Source: an uncultured Chthonomonadaceae bacterium (GTDB taxonomy: Bacteria; Armatimonadota; Chthonomonadetes; Chthonomonadales; Chthonomonadaceae). From it: a stretch of 64,000 bases of DNA. Each line of letters starts with the position of its first letter. Positions within the stretch are counted from its first letter, which is position 1. The translations under genes and the position numbers were made by a program. Location: the NCBI GenBank assembly GCA_963817895.1, contig CAWFQB010000002.1, positions 693,973 to 757,972 of the forward strand, read 5' to 3'. Under the pieces are notes generated by a model that made no database searches, was not told the DNA's origin, and saw only the letters and a program-made list of their open reading frames with translations. Below are positions 10,753 to 20,331 of this stretch, piece after piece.

Positions 10753-11451
10753 ATGGATACGGACGTAACAAAACCTCCCCTCGGCCTGTTGCTGCGCGTG
10801 TGGCTTGCGCTTGGCCTGCAATCATTCGGGGGCGGCGCGGCGACGCTGGCGTTAATTCGGCAGGCGGTTGTGGAACGCCACAGGTGGATGCCCGAAGCGG
10901 AATTCACGCGGGAATGGACGCTGGTACAGGCCGCGCCCGGTATCAACCTGATTGCCATGACAATTCTCATCGGCAGGCGATTGGCGGGATGGCGCGGCAT
11001 AGCGATTTGCATGATCGGCCTGCTGCTGCCAAGCGTGACCGTGACCATTCTGCTGACGGCGGGCTACGCGCACATTCAGCGTTTGTCCCTGATGCGGGCT
11101 GCCCTGCGCGGAATCGTGCCTGCGGCAGTCGGAATGGGCGCGTTGACAGCCTATCAGATGGCGCGTTCTCCCCTGATGGAAGCGCGGCGCGAGGGCAAAT
11201 TCTCGTTTCTGGCGTATTCCGGCATTCTACTGGCAAGTATGCTGGCGGCATTGCATTGGCGCAGTTCTGTGATTGTGATTTTGGGCGCGGCGGGCATGGC
11301 GGGCGCGTTGGCGCATCGGCAGCGGGAAAACACCCGAACGGCTGGACAGAGCGAAAGCGGGCCGGTTGCGGAGAGGGAGGAACCGTCCCGCAACGCCCCG
11401 GTTCCAACCAACGAACACGCTTCTTCAACAGATGGAGATGACGCGCCATGA
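10753..11451 (+). CDS. short-chain chromate ion transporter (CHR), first subunit
   Basis: GLQSFGGG and Q..PG motifs. Starts 1 nt after the regulator stop. Confidence 0.85.
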   Translation: MDTDVTKPPLGLLLRVWLALGLQSFGGGAATLALIRQAVVERHRWMPEAEFTREWTLVQAAPGINLIAMTILIGRRLAGWRGIAICMIGLLLPSVTVTILLTAGYAHIQRLSLMRAALRGIVPAAVGMGALTAYQMARSPLMEARREGKFSFLAYSGILLASMLAALHWRSSVIVILGAAGMAGALAHRQRENTRTAGQSESGPVAEREEPSRNAPVPTNEHASSTDGDDAP

Positions 11452-11957
11452 ACCCGTTGCTGTATTTTGGGCTGTTTCTAAAGGCGTCGCTGTTTTCTAC
11501 GGGCGGCATGGGCAATCTGCCGAGCCTCCATGCCGATCTACTGGCGCGAAAGTGGGCGGTTGAGCGGCAGTTTGTCGAGTCCCTCGCAATCGGCCAGATT
11601 TCGCCCGGTCCGAACGGTTTGTGGGTCGTGTGTTTGGGCTATCTGACCAACGGGCTGACCGGAGCCTTGCTGGCAACCGTTGCCCTCTGCCTGCCCCCCC
11701 TGCTTGTCCTGTTGATTGAAAGATTGTATCGCCGCGTTCAGCACCACCCGGCAGTGGAGGGGTTCATGCGCGGCCTGAGTCTGGCGGTTGTCGGAATTTT
11801 CGCGGTCGTGCTGTTCGGCTTTTTACGCGGCAACGGTCTGGACTTCCGCAGCCTTGCCCTTGCCCTCAGCAGCGCGGGAATGGCGTCAACCCGGCGCGTC
11901 CCCATCCCGGTTATCATTCTGCTGGCGGCGTGCGCGGGAATGGCGTTGTACAGGTAG
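11448..11957 (+). CDS. short-chain chromate ion transporter (CHR), second subunit
   Basis: FSTGG...GQISPGPN motif. ATGA overlap with the upstream gene. Confidence 0.85.
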   Translation: MNPLLYFGLFLKASLFSTGGMGNLPSLHADLLARKWAVERQFVESLAIGQISPGPNGLWVVCLGYLTNGLTGALLATVALCLPPLLVLLIERLYRRVQHHPAVEGFMRGLSLAVVGIFAVVLFGFLRGNGLDFRSLALALSSAGMASTRRVPIPVIILLAACAGMALYR

Positions 11958-12077
11958 GTTGTTAGGTTGTTAGGTTGTTAGTTGTTAGGTATTGGGTTGA
12001 CAGCCTTGCGCCACACAAGAACAGGGGTACTCCTGCATTGTCCTCATACCTAACAACTAACAACCTAACAACCTAAC
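11954..12077. repeat. inverted arrays of 7-8-mer GTTAGGTT/AACCTAAC tandem repeats
   Basis: gttgttaggttgttaggttgttagttgttaggt after the CHR stop and acctaacaactaacaacctaacaacctaac at ~12048-12077. Confidence 0.8.
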
Positions 12078-12263
12078 CCCGGGAACATAGCGGGCCGGTT
12101 TTTAGTCCTTTGCGCAGCAGCCCACATTCCGTTTCCGCTCGGCATGAGGACACTGTTTGCTGTCGAAACTTTCTGACCCCTCTGGTCACTGGCAAGACGA
12201 ACCACCCGGATTTCGGTGTGGCTGCGCGTAACCCGTGTGAATGGCCTCCCCCTCCTGACGGGG
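12077..12263. ncRNA. candidate 187-nt rod-shaped RNA (6S/SsrS-like)
   Basis: Ends pair (CCCCG/CGGGG, GGCC/GGCC). An opposed ~15-nt central bubble, then GCGCAGC..CACA / TGTGGCTGCGC stem. Size typical of 6S RNA. No sequence-level match established. Confidence 0.35.
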
Positions 12264-12287
12264 AACATAATGAAGGAGACCAACCTG

Positions 12288-12785
12288 ATGACCGCAACCG
12301 CCTCGCTGCAAGACCTGTATCTGGAAGACCTGAAAGACATTTACAACGCCGAAAATCAGGCGATCAAAGCCTACCCGAAACTGCTCGATTCCGTGACGCA
12401 CCCGGAACTCAAGGAAGCCATGCAACTGCATCTGGAGCAGACGCAAGAACACGTCTCGCGCCTAGAGCAGATATTCGATAAAATGGGCGAAAAGCCGACC
12501 GGCAAAACCTGCAAGGCGATGAACGGTTTGGTGAAGGAGGGCGAGGACATTCTCAAGGAGCAGTCCGACCCGTCCGTTCGCGACGCGGCTCTGCTGGCGG
12601 CTTCGCAAAAGATCGAGCATTACGAGATCGCCTCGTATGGCACGGTCATCACGTATGCCGAACAGATAGGCGACGAGGAGGCGGTCAGCCTGCTGAAAAA
12701 GACGCTCAACGAGGAGAAGCACACGGACAAAATCCTGAGCAAACTCGCCGAAAGCGTCATCAATCAGGACGCGGATAAGGGCTGA
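12288..12785 (+). CDS. ferritin-like DUF892 (YciE/YciF family) protein
   Basis: LKDIYNAENQ, HLEQT..HV.RLE, CKAM.GL..EG, QKIEHYEIASYG, EE..TD motifs. AAGGAG RBS. Confidence 0.92.
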   Translation: MTATASLQDLYLEDLKDIYNAENQAIKAYPKLLDSVTHPELKEAMQLHLEQTQEHVSRLEQIFDKMGEKPTGKTCKAMNGLVKEGEDILKEQSDPSVRDAALLAASQKIEHYEIASYGTVITYAEQIGDEEAVSLLKKTLNEEKHTDKILSKLAESVINQDADKG

Positions 12786-12880
12786 GAGTTGAGAGTTGAG
12801 GGGCGAGAGATTTGAAAAGAGGAATGATGGACAGTATTTCTGTTCATCATTCCTCTTTTTGGCGTTGGAAGCACACCTCT
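12647..12880 (+). repeat. direct repeat copy A (DUF892 3' end + terminator)
   Basis: Aligns with 14283-14514; 13 mismatches over the 123 nt of 12663-12785. Confidence 0.92.
12815..12860 (+). terminator. intrinsic terminator
   Basis: aaaagaggaatgatggacag-tattt-ctgttcatcattcctctttt stem ending in a T run. Confidence 0.8.
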
Positions 12881-13087
12881 ATAGTTGTGGAATTTCAATA
12901 GCAACCTATCTCACCTTTCCTCCGCGCGTTTGGTATGCCGGAGAAGCATTTATGTGCTAAAATAGCATCTAACCAATGACACCAAACCGGTATCTCCGAT
13001 CACTCATCAGGTTGTAAACTCAATGACACGCGCTTGAACCTCTGTTTTCCCAGGCCACATTCCCCTGTAAAGGATAACCCTTCATCA

Positions 13088-14305
13088 ATGGATTTGCTAC
13101 AACGGCCAACGCCCTCCACAACCATGCCTGTTTCCGAAACGACTGTCGGCGACGCGGCGAAAGCAAGGCTGCATTACGTGGATGGCCTGCGTACGTTCGC
13201 GGCCCTGACGGTCATTCTCGGGCATGCGTCTCAACAGGTGTACTGGAATGTGCCGCAACCCGACCCGTACCTGACGTATACGTTATTCTGGGTCAACGGG
13301 GATTGCGCGGTTGTCGCGTTCATCGTATTGTCCGGGTTCTGCCTGATGCGGCCCGTCATCCTGTCTGGCGGACTGAAAGGGGGAACCCGCCGATTTTATA
13401 CGGGGCGCTGTCTGCGTATCCTGCCTGCATATTACGCCGGACTGCTGGCATCGCTGCTCCTGGTCGCCACGCTTATCGGGCGCAAACATGACATTATGTT
13501 TGATATATGTCTGCCGGTAGGTAAAAAAAGCGTGATCAGTCACCTGCTGATGCTACAGAACCTCTGGCCTCCGCCATTTTTCGACAATCTGGGCAATGTT
13601 CAGATCAACGGCGTGTACTGGTCTGTTGCTCTGGAGTGTCAAATTTACCTGCTGTTTCCCCTTGTCGTGGCGCTCTGGAAGCGCCTGGGGATAGCGATTA
13701 CAATGGCGACTATCGGCATTGTGAGTTTCAGCCTTTTCCTTTTGACGCGCGCGCCGGTAGGTTCTCTCTGCTGGAAGGGATTTAATTTTCAATTTTACTT
13801 TTATTTCGCTATCGGCGTTCTGGCGGCTCACCTCATGTATTCCGATACGGCGGCGCGAATTCGCCGCCTGCCCTGGAAGATCATCGCGCTTGTAATGATC
13901 GCTTGCTACGTCAAAGTGAATTCACTGGGCGCCATTCCCCTGTTTTATAATGCTCTGCCGGTTGAATTGTGCGCCGCGCTGATGACGCTGGCCGTGCTGT
14001 TGAGCGGGTCGCAGGGGGGAATGAAGCTGCTGTCCTGGCCGCCAATGGCGCGCATGGGACTGTTTTCTTACAGCATCTATCTGCTGCATCTGCCCCTGCT
14101 CGCGCTGGTCACGGATTACGTCATCCTGCCGTTGCGCGGCAAAGTGGCAAACATACTGCTATATCTGTTGCTGCTGGCGATCAGTCTTCCCCTGACGCTG
14201 ATAACTTCGTACTTGTTCGCAAGCGTGTTTGAAGACAAAAAGGTTCTGACGCGCTACTGGAACCGGATATTCTCTTCCAGAACACCACGTATGCCAGGCA
14301 GATAG
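13088..14305 (+). CDS. acyltransferase family 3 (OafA/YrhL-like) membrane protein
   Basis: YVDGLR, FIVLSGF, R.LRILPAYY, YWSVALE.Q.Y, SYSIYL.H motifs. Start uncertain (13088 or 13124). Confidence 0.92.
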   Translation: MDLLQRPTPSTTMPVSETTVGDAAKARLHYVDGLRTFAALTVILGHASQQVYWNVPQPDPYLTYTLFWVNGDCAVVAFIVLSGFCLMRPVILSGGLKGGTRRFYTGRCLRILPAYYAGLLASLLLVATLIGRKHDIMFDICLPVGKKSVISHLLMLQNLWPPPFFDNLGNVQINGVYWSVALECQIYLLFPLVVALWKRLGIAITMATIGIVSFSLFLLTRAPVGSLCWKGFNFQFYFYFAIGVLAAHLMYSDTAARIRRLPWKIIALVMIACYVKVNSLGAIPLFYNALPVELCAALMTLAVLLSGSQGGMKLLSWPPMARMGLFSYSIYLLHLPLLALVTDYVILPLRGKVANILLYLLLLAISLPLTLITSYLFASVFEDKKVLTRYWNRIFSSRTPRMPGR

Positions 14306-14514
14306 GCGACGAGGACACAGTGAACCTGCTGAAAAAGACACTCGACGAGGCGAAGCATACGGACAAAATCCTGAGCAAACTGGCCGAAAGCGTCATCAAT
14401 CAGGATGCGAATAAAGGCTGAGAGTTGAGAGTTGAGGGGTGAAAGATTTGAGAAGAGGAGCGATGAGCAGGAATACTGTTCGCCACTCCTCTTTTGTCGT
14501 TGAAAGCGCGCTCT
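14283..14514 (+). repeat. direct repeat copy B: orphan DUF892 3' fragment (stop 14419-14421) + terminator
   Basis: Encodes ..QIGDEDTVNLLKKTLDEAKHTDKILSKLAESVINQDANKG*, followed by a diverged copy of the terminator. Confidence 0.92.
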
Positions 14515-14519
14515 TGCCG

Positions 14520-15188
14520 TTATTCTTTCGCTCCCGCCGCTTTGAGCATAAAGTAAATGGCCGACGTATCCTTGTACTTATTACCATCTGCTTTGCGATA
14601 CTGTGGATCACTCCTTCTCGATTGGTAACTTTCAAAGTGATAACGCGCCAAAGTCAAAGCTGCGATTACACCTCCTGCGCCACCATTAACATTGGCACCG
14701 CGCTTAATCAACAACTTTACAAGAGCGACATCACTATTATCACTGGCTTCCATCAATGCCGTTCTGCCCAGGTCGTTACGCGCGTTGACATCCGCGCCCC
14801 AATTCAGCAGCAGTTCCGCAATGCGCGGTGTTTGGTCTGTCGTTTGCAATGTGGAATATCGGCTCATTGCCGCGTCTATACAGATTACAGGCTGTATCCG
14901 GGGACCACAGAGTTCGTGCCATACAGGACGGCGCTGTATTTTGGCTATGAGTTCTTCTATCGGAGATTTGTCACTGAGGCAATGGCTTACCTGTATAGCG
15001 TTAGGATTTGCGCCTTTCTTCAAGAGGGACTCTACCTCAGCGTAATTTTGTTCGTAGACGCTCTTAATCAGGGCGCTGTTTAAACGGACAGCATACGTGT
15101 CCTTTCCGGTAGCCACAATCGCCGCCACCACGATAGTCATAAAAATCCCATAGAAGAGCGTTTTCTTATAGTAACGAGGAATTGACAT
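14520..15188 (-). CDS. ankyrin repeat protein with N-terminal membrane anchor
   Basis: LLKKGANPN, LLLNWGADVNARNDLGRTALMEA, LLIKRGANVN. Confidence 0.88.
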   Translation of the reverse strand: MSIPRYYKKTLFYGIFMTIVVAAIVATGKDTYAVRLNSALIKSVYEQNYAEVESLLKKGANPNAIQVSHCLSDKSPIEELIAKIQRRPVWHELCGPRIQPVICIDAAMSRYSTLQTTDQTPRIAELLLNWGADVNARNDLGRTALMEASDNSDVALVKLLIKRGANVNGGAGGVIAALTLARYHFESYQSRRSDPQYRKADGNKYKDTSAIYFMLKAAGAKE

Positions 15189-15254
15189 GAACCCGCCTGA
15201 ATTCCCTATCGTGTAGTGTAGCCGTTCAAAAGCATTAAGCGTTTGAAAAAAGGA

Positions 15255-17249
15255 TTAAAGCAGATTACGCGCCTTTAACTCCTCTTTTAGCGCGGGCAGG
15301 CGGTTGTTGTTCTCGCGCAGGACGGCGATATAGCGGTTCCATTCTACCAGACGGTTCGCGCGTCCGGCGAGGTCTTTTGCCCGCGCCAGATAGCTTGCCG
15401 CCAGACGATAGTTGTCCCGCCCGCGCTGCTCGATGAGGTTTTCCGCCAGCAGTTGGTAGATGACGCGGGACTCGTCGGGAAAATCGGTTTCCGCGACGCC
15501 CGCCACGCGGGCATGAAGGTCGCTTCCCGTCCAGCGCGTTGTTGTCTCCTCGAACAGCGTCAGCGTATCCAGAGCCTGCCGCGCCTGTTTCTCCTCGATA
15601 TATATCTCAATAAGGTCGCGCCACATTTTGCGCTCTTCCAGCGGGACGATGAGTTCGGGGCGCAGGCGCGTCCACGCATCAGCGGGATGCCCCGGCAGTT
15701 GCGCGGCCTTTTTCACGCTGCGGTACTCATACTGGCTCGGCGAGGCGCGAAACAGGCGTAGTTGCGCTTCCAACGCTTTTTCCGGCTGATTGTGCTGCGC
15801 GTACCGCTCCCCAAGCCAGCGCGCATACGTGACGTTGCCGGTTGATCCCGTTTCCGCGTCCAACTTGTCCTGCTGTTCGGCGATAAAATCCAATGCGCGA
15901 TCTATGTTTGCGCCGTCCAGCGCGCGCAATCTATCGGCAAACGCGGTCAGTTGCGCCGGTTGGGGCGTTTTCTCCAGCGCGACTTGCATCGCCTCGTCTA
16001 TGCGCCCCATCGCAAGCATCAATTCCGTAACTTCGGCGTACAGGCCCAGTCTGCTGTACTCCGTCAGTTTCTCCTCGTCGCTGATGCCCGAATGGACTTT
16101 CAGAGTGACGATAAACCGGGCGCGGGCGGCGTTGTTGAAGTTGCTGGAAAAGTCGTTGGCCGATTTCATGCCGCGTTGCAGCCAGTTTTCCACCTCGGCG
16201 CGTTCATCAGGCGTGACGTTGCGGGCAATCGCTTCCACAGCCCCGGTTGCCAGATCAATGCCGCCCATCTGCCGGTCGTATTCCCATATCTGGTACACGG
16301 ATCGAATCAGCTTCTGCCGCGCCCCGCTGTTCAAACGCGCGGCTTCCGGCAGGATCGCCTGCGCGTCCAGACACTTTGCCAGTCCCTCACAGCAATCGTT
16401 AATCAGCCCCGCCAGTTCGCCCTCGTCCTCCAGTTCCTCATAGCCGTCAAGCGCTTCCTCTGCGACGGTTTCGTAAATAGCCTGAGCGTTCGCCCATTGC
16501 CCCGCCTGCGCGTACTCGTCGCCCGTACTGACAAGCGGTTCCAATTCCGCCGCAATCCGTGATGCGCTGTCGTAGTAATCGTCGTAACTGCCCGCCTGCC
16601 GGAATGATTTCTGCGCTTTGCGGCGAATGGCGTTTATATCTACCGTCTGCGTATTTGCCAACGGCGATACCGAAATGGCTGGCGCGACATTGCCTGCTGC
16701 CGCGTCGGTTGGCGACTTGCTTACGGGCGCAACCGAGGGCGGGGTTACGTCTATTAAATACTCCATGTCCGGCTGCCGTTCCAGCAGTTTGGCGCACAAT
16801 TTCAGCAATTGTTCGTGACTGAGAGCCTGAAGACGGGCGGCGAACTCCTCCCGAACTTCAACCGTTTCCGGCTTGTTGATCCACGTCAGCAACAGAGCCA
16901 CCAGATGCTTGCAAAATCCGCCCGCCTCGCACTCGCAATTGTAGGACGTTACCTGCGGCCCGCCCGCAAGAGGGAAAGGCTTTCCCTCTGCCGCCTGCGC
17001 GGACTCGCTCGATCCTACCCGCGCCAGCGTTGCGGAAAGCCGATACGCGGCCTCCCGCGATCCCTCACACTCCGCATGAAGCGTGTCGCCGCGCAGAATG
17101 GCGTCGGAAATATGTCCGTTGCGAAAGTATTTCAGGCCGCGCCCGTAGCTTCCCGACCCCGCAAATCCTTCCAGTTCCACTTCGGTAATCGGCGTGAATT
17201 GATTTTTCACATCCTTGCCGGTCTGCTCCTGCCCTGGTTTCATTGTCAT
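15255..17249 (-). CDS. SWIM zinc-finger protein with helical C-terminus
   Basis: RG..YFRNG, CxC...CKHLVALLL, C-terminal R.NY..AA.YL...R.PALKEEL. Confidence 0.88.
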   Translation of the reverse strand: MTMKPGQEQTGKDVKNQFTPITEVELEGFAGSGSYGRGLKYFRNGHISDAILRGDTLHAECEGSREAAYRLSATLARVGSSESAQAAEGKPFPLAGGPQVTSYNCECEAGGFCKHLVALLLTWINKPETVEVREEFAARLQALSHEQLLKLCAKLLERQPDMEYLIDVTPPSVAPVSKSPTDAAAGNVAPAISVSPLANTQTVDINAIRRKAQKSFRQAGSYDDYYDSASRIAAELEPLVSTGDEYAQAGQWANAQAIYETVAEEALDGYEELEDEGELAGLINDCCEGLAKCLDAQAILPEAARLNSGARQKLIRSVYQIWEYDRQMGGIDLATGAVEAIARNVTPDERAEVENWLQRGMKSANDFSSNFNNAARARFIVTLKVHSGISDEEKLTEYSRLGLYAEVTELMLAMGRIDEAMQVALEKTPQPAQLTAFADRLRALDGANIDRALDFIAEQQDKLDAETGSTGNVTYARWLGERYAQHNQPEKALEAQLRLFRASPSQYEYRSVKKAAQLPGHPADAWTRLRPELIVPLEERKMWRDLIEIYIEEKQARQALDTLTLFEETTTRWTGSDLHARVAGVAETDFPDESRVIYQLLAENLIEQRGRDNYRLAASYLARAKDLAGRANRLVEWNRYIAVLRENNNRLPALKEELKARNLL

Positions 17250-17327
17250 ACTCTGCTCCCATAAAAAGTTAATAGCCGCGAATGAACGCGAATGTACAGA
17301 CAGAAGTACGATTGTGCGCCTCGCGCC

Positions 17328-18716
17328 CTATTTATTGACGCCCGCCACAATGTCACCTGTACTGCCCTCATGCAACTTTGCGTAGGGACATGGCGGCGCA
17401 GGCAACGGCTCGTCATTGACGCGAATGGGAACTCCGCCGTCATCGTGGCAGTCGGGGCCGATGCTGTATAGCAGGTAATCCGTCTCCCGTCGCATGTAAC
17501 ACAGCGGAGCGGGCGTGGCAAACGGATCGGCGGGAACAGCGCGTAAATAGTTCGGAACCAGTTCTGCCAGAGCGTCCGGAAAGCGTCCCTGTTCCGAACG
17601 GTAGGCGCGCAGGGCAAGCGCGACAAGCAGCAGGCGGTTTTGTGCTACATCGCTCTCTTCTGCGGAAAAGCGTTTGGGATCGGGGTTGTGTCCTCCCGTT
17701 CGCAGGCATTGACAGAACGGCATAAGCGCCCGATTCAGGGGATGCAGGGGCGCAGACAGTTCCGGCAGGTTGGAATCGTAGGGCAGTCGGGCATTGGCAA
17801 TGCTCTGATCCATGTAGCGGGCGTATTCTACAATCGCCCCGCGCTTGCCGGCCAGAAGAAAGGGCGCGCTGCGCGGCACAACGCGCCAGCCATCGAGGGT
17901 AAGCAGGCTCTTGCCCTCCAGTCCCTCGTACTCCTTCACACCCACATTCGCCAGATCATTAAGAAGGTTGTTGCTATGCAGAATTTCAAGTAAGCCACCC
18001 TCATACCACCATTTATCCTCTTGCAGCGCGTCGGCATACGCCACATGGCGGGATAGAATGTTTTCCAGACGCTGTGCCGCCATTCGCGCCTGCGATCCGC
18101 TTAGATGGGCTATTGCCGGCCAGAGGAGCGAACGGCAAGGAGCGGCATAAATTCCGCCTGCGATTTTCCCGGCGACACCTGCCCCACGCGCTATACTCTC
18201 CCCGAAGGCAATGGCGTCCAGCCCGGTATTTACCGCGTTCGCCCATTCGCCCCGCGCCGTTTCGTCCTGCTGTTCCAGAAGCAGCAATTGCGACAGACTG
18301 TGAAAACTTCGGTAGTAGAAAATCCGCGTCTGAAATGAGCGAATGGGAGGCGCAAAGTATGTCTGCTGCAATCCGAGACGCAGCCGTGATAGCGCGTCCC
18401 GGTTCTCTGCCACCAGTTGCCGCTTTTGCGCGAGGGTGTACGGATGATTGTCCTGAGTATAGAAAGAGCGACCCAACTTCGTAGTCGGGAGATCGTAATC
18501 TACAGCAAAGCTGATTTTACGTTCATGCCGCAGCATTTTGCCTGCCGCTACATAGGTATCATGGGCGTTTGGCGTTGGCAGAACGGGCGTGGGCGGCGTA
18601 AAGTCGGAAACAGCATGGCTCCAGTGCCACCATAATGCCAGCAACCCGACGCACAAGAGTACACAAGTTCCTCTTTTGGTCACGGGAGTAGGCTTGTATG
18701 GTTTCATAGGAGCCAT
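17328..18716 (-). CDS. hypothetical exported protein with GspG-like C-terminal motif
   Basis: N-terminal TM. C-terminal ALRAY..E.G.FP..L.ELVP.YL..VP.DPF...LYSIGPD..DDGG. Start uncertain. Confidence 0.75.
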   Translation of the reverse strand: MAPMKPYKPTPVTKRGTCVLLCVGLLALWWHWSHAVSDFTPPTPVLPTPNAHDTYVAAGKMLRHERKISFAVDYDLPTTKLGRSFYTQDNHPYTLAQKRQLVAENRDALSRLRLGLQQTYFAPPIRSFQTRIFYYRSFHSLSQLLLLEQQDETARGEWANAVNTGLDAIAFGESIARGAGVAGKIAGGIYAAPCRSLLWPAIAHLSGSQARMAAQRLENILSRHVAYADALQEDKWWYEGGLLEILHSNNLLNDLANVGVKEYEGLEGKSLLTLDGWRVVPRSAPFLLAGKRGAIVEYARYMDQSIANARLPYDSNLPELSAPLHPLNRALMPFCQCLRTGGHNPDPKRFSAEESDVAQNRLLLVALALRAYRSEQGRFPDALAELVPNYLRAVPADPFATPAPLCYMRRETDYLLYSIGPDCHDDGGVPIRVNDEPLPAPPCPYAKLHEGSTGDIVAGVNK

Positions 18717-18773
18717 GCCATTCTGCCCTGCCGCCCTGTTCGGCGGCAAAAGCAGGAACGTTCTTTTATAGTA

Positions 18774-20076
18774 TTACGCCAGTCGCTCTTTGACGCGCTC
18801 CATCAGTTTGGCAATCGGCACGTTGTGGGGGCAGGCGGACTCGGCTTTGTTCCAGTCGGCTGCGGCCATCGCGTTCAGGTCGCGGGCATCTGCGGGCAGT
18901 TCCGCGTACAAATCGCGGGCGTGTTCGCGCTTGCCGTAGTGGTCGTGATACATCAGGAAGCGCAGCGAGTCGGCAACCGCGATCTGCTGCCCCGCGCCGC
19001 TTGCCGCGGCAAACGTGGTCGCAGCCCCGGCACCACAGATGGCTTACCAGACGGGCGTGTTCCTGAATGGCCTCGGCTTCCGCAATCGTCAGTTTGCTTG
19101 CCACCGCGCTCGCGTTCTGCTTCATCTGGTCTTCGTTGGTCATTTCCGAGCAGATGGCCGCGATTCGCTCATCAACGGCAACGGCTTTGATAGCCGCCTG
19201 ATGCTGGTTTAAGCCGCGCTGCTTGAACGGATTGAACTTGTCCGGCAGGGTCATGCCGCCCACCTGCGTTTTCATCGCCACAAGCCCGACGCCCGCCTTC
19301 ACGCAACGGTCTATGGCGCGGTTCAGGTCGTCGCTCTTATAATAGTGGTAATCGTAGCGGAACATCACCACATCAATAAAGTCGCTGTCAGCAGCCGCGT
19401 TCAGACATTCCGGCACGTTCCCGTCGTGGCACGAAAAGCCGAAGAACCGGATTTTGCCCTCTTTTTTCAGACGGGCGGCAGTGGCCTTGATGTCGGAATT
19501 GGACGGCAGTTTGGTATCCTGAATCTGGTGCATGTAGTAGCAGTCCACATAGTCCTGCTGTAGGCGCTGCAAACTGCCCGCCAGTCGTTTTTCCAGATTG
19601 AAGTGGTCATGGGTTTTGGTCACGAGCCAGAATTTCTGCCGCGTTTTGTTTTTGCCGGTCGCGCCCTGCGCTTTGAGGAACTCGCCGAACGCCTCCTCGC
19701 TGTGTCCCCGGTTATAGCCCTCCGCCGTGTCCAGATAATTGATGCCCTGCTCTACGCCCGTCGTAACCACTTCGGGGTCTACGCTCCAGGAGCCGCCCAT
19801 TGCCAGCCGGGACGTTTTGAAGCCGGTCCTGCCCAGCGCGACAAGCGGCATTTTCGTTTTCGCGGCCTCCGGCTTGACATCGGGCGCTTTGCCGTCCTGC
19901 GCCTTGTCCTGCGCTTCGGCAACCACCTCCACGCGAGTTGCCAGCAGTCCCGCCGCGCTCAGGGCCGCGCTCGTGGTCAGCAATTGCCGCCGCGACAGGC
20001 CGGAATGGACGGACTCGGCGTTCGCGTCAGCGGCAACGGGTGGAGTGAATTCGCAAGGCAATTCGGAATGAGACAT
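18774..20076 (-). CDS. Tat-exported aldo/keto reductase with C-terminal Fe-S-type Cys motifs (frameshift near 19005)
   Basis: SRRQLL Tat motif, DTAEGY, TK, SL.RLQ.DYVD.Y.MH, GFSCH. After CRGCDHVC the natural C-terminus (IAVADSLRFLMY...ACPHNVPIAKLMERVKERLA*) is in another frame. AGGAGG RBS. Confidence 0.85.
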
Positions 20077-20331
20077 AGGTAAACCTCCTGCACAAAACGG
20101 CAAACAGAGTGAGAATCAGTTGATGTATACGACGTTCGGCGCGAGGGCTTTGTATCCCTCTTTTTACAAGAGATTTTCGATGGCAAGGAGGAATTACACC
20201 GGCGAATAGGAGATATACACGAACATCGAGATACAAAGGAACAAACAAGAATGAAAAAGACGGAGAATATGAACTTGCAGGAAGCGAAAGCAACGGGCGC
20301 GGCTGCATCGGAAGCGGCGGGAGGTAATCTC

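Noticed and set aside
12647..14514. DGR template/variable repeat pair
   Set aside because: Mismatches are not adenine-specific (C/G, C/T, many synonymous) and no reverse transcriptase is in the window.
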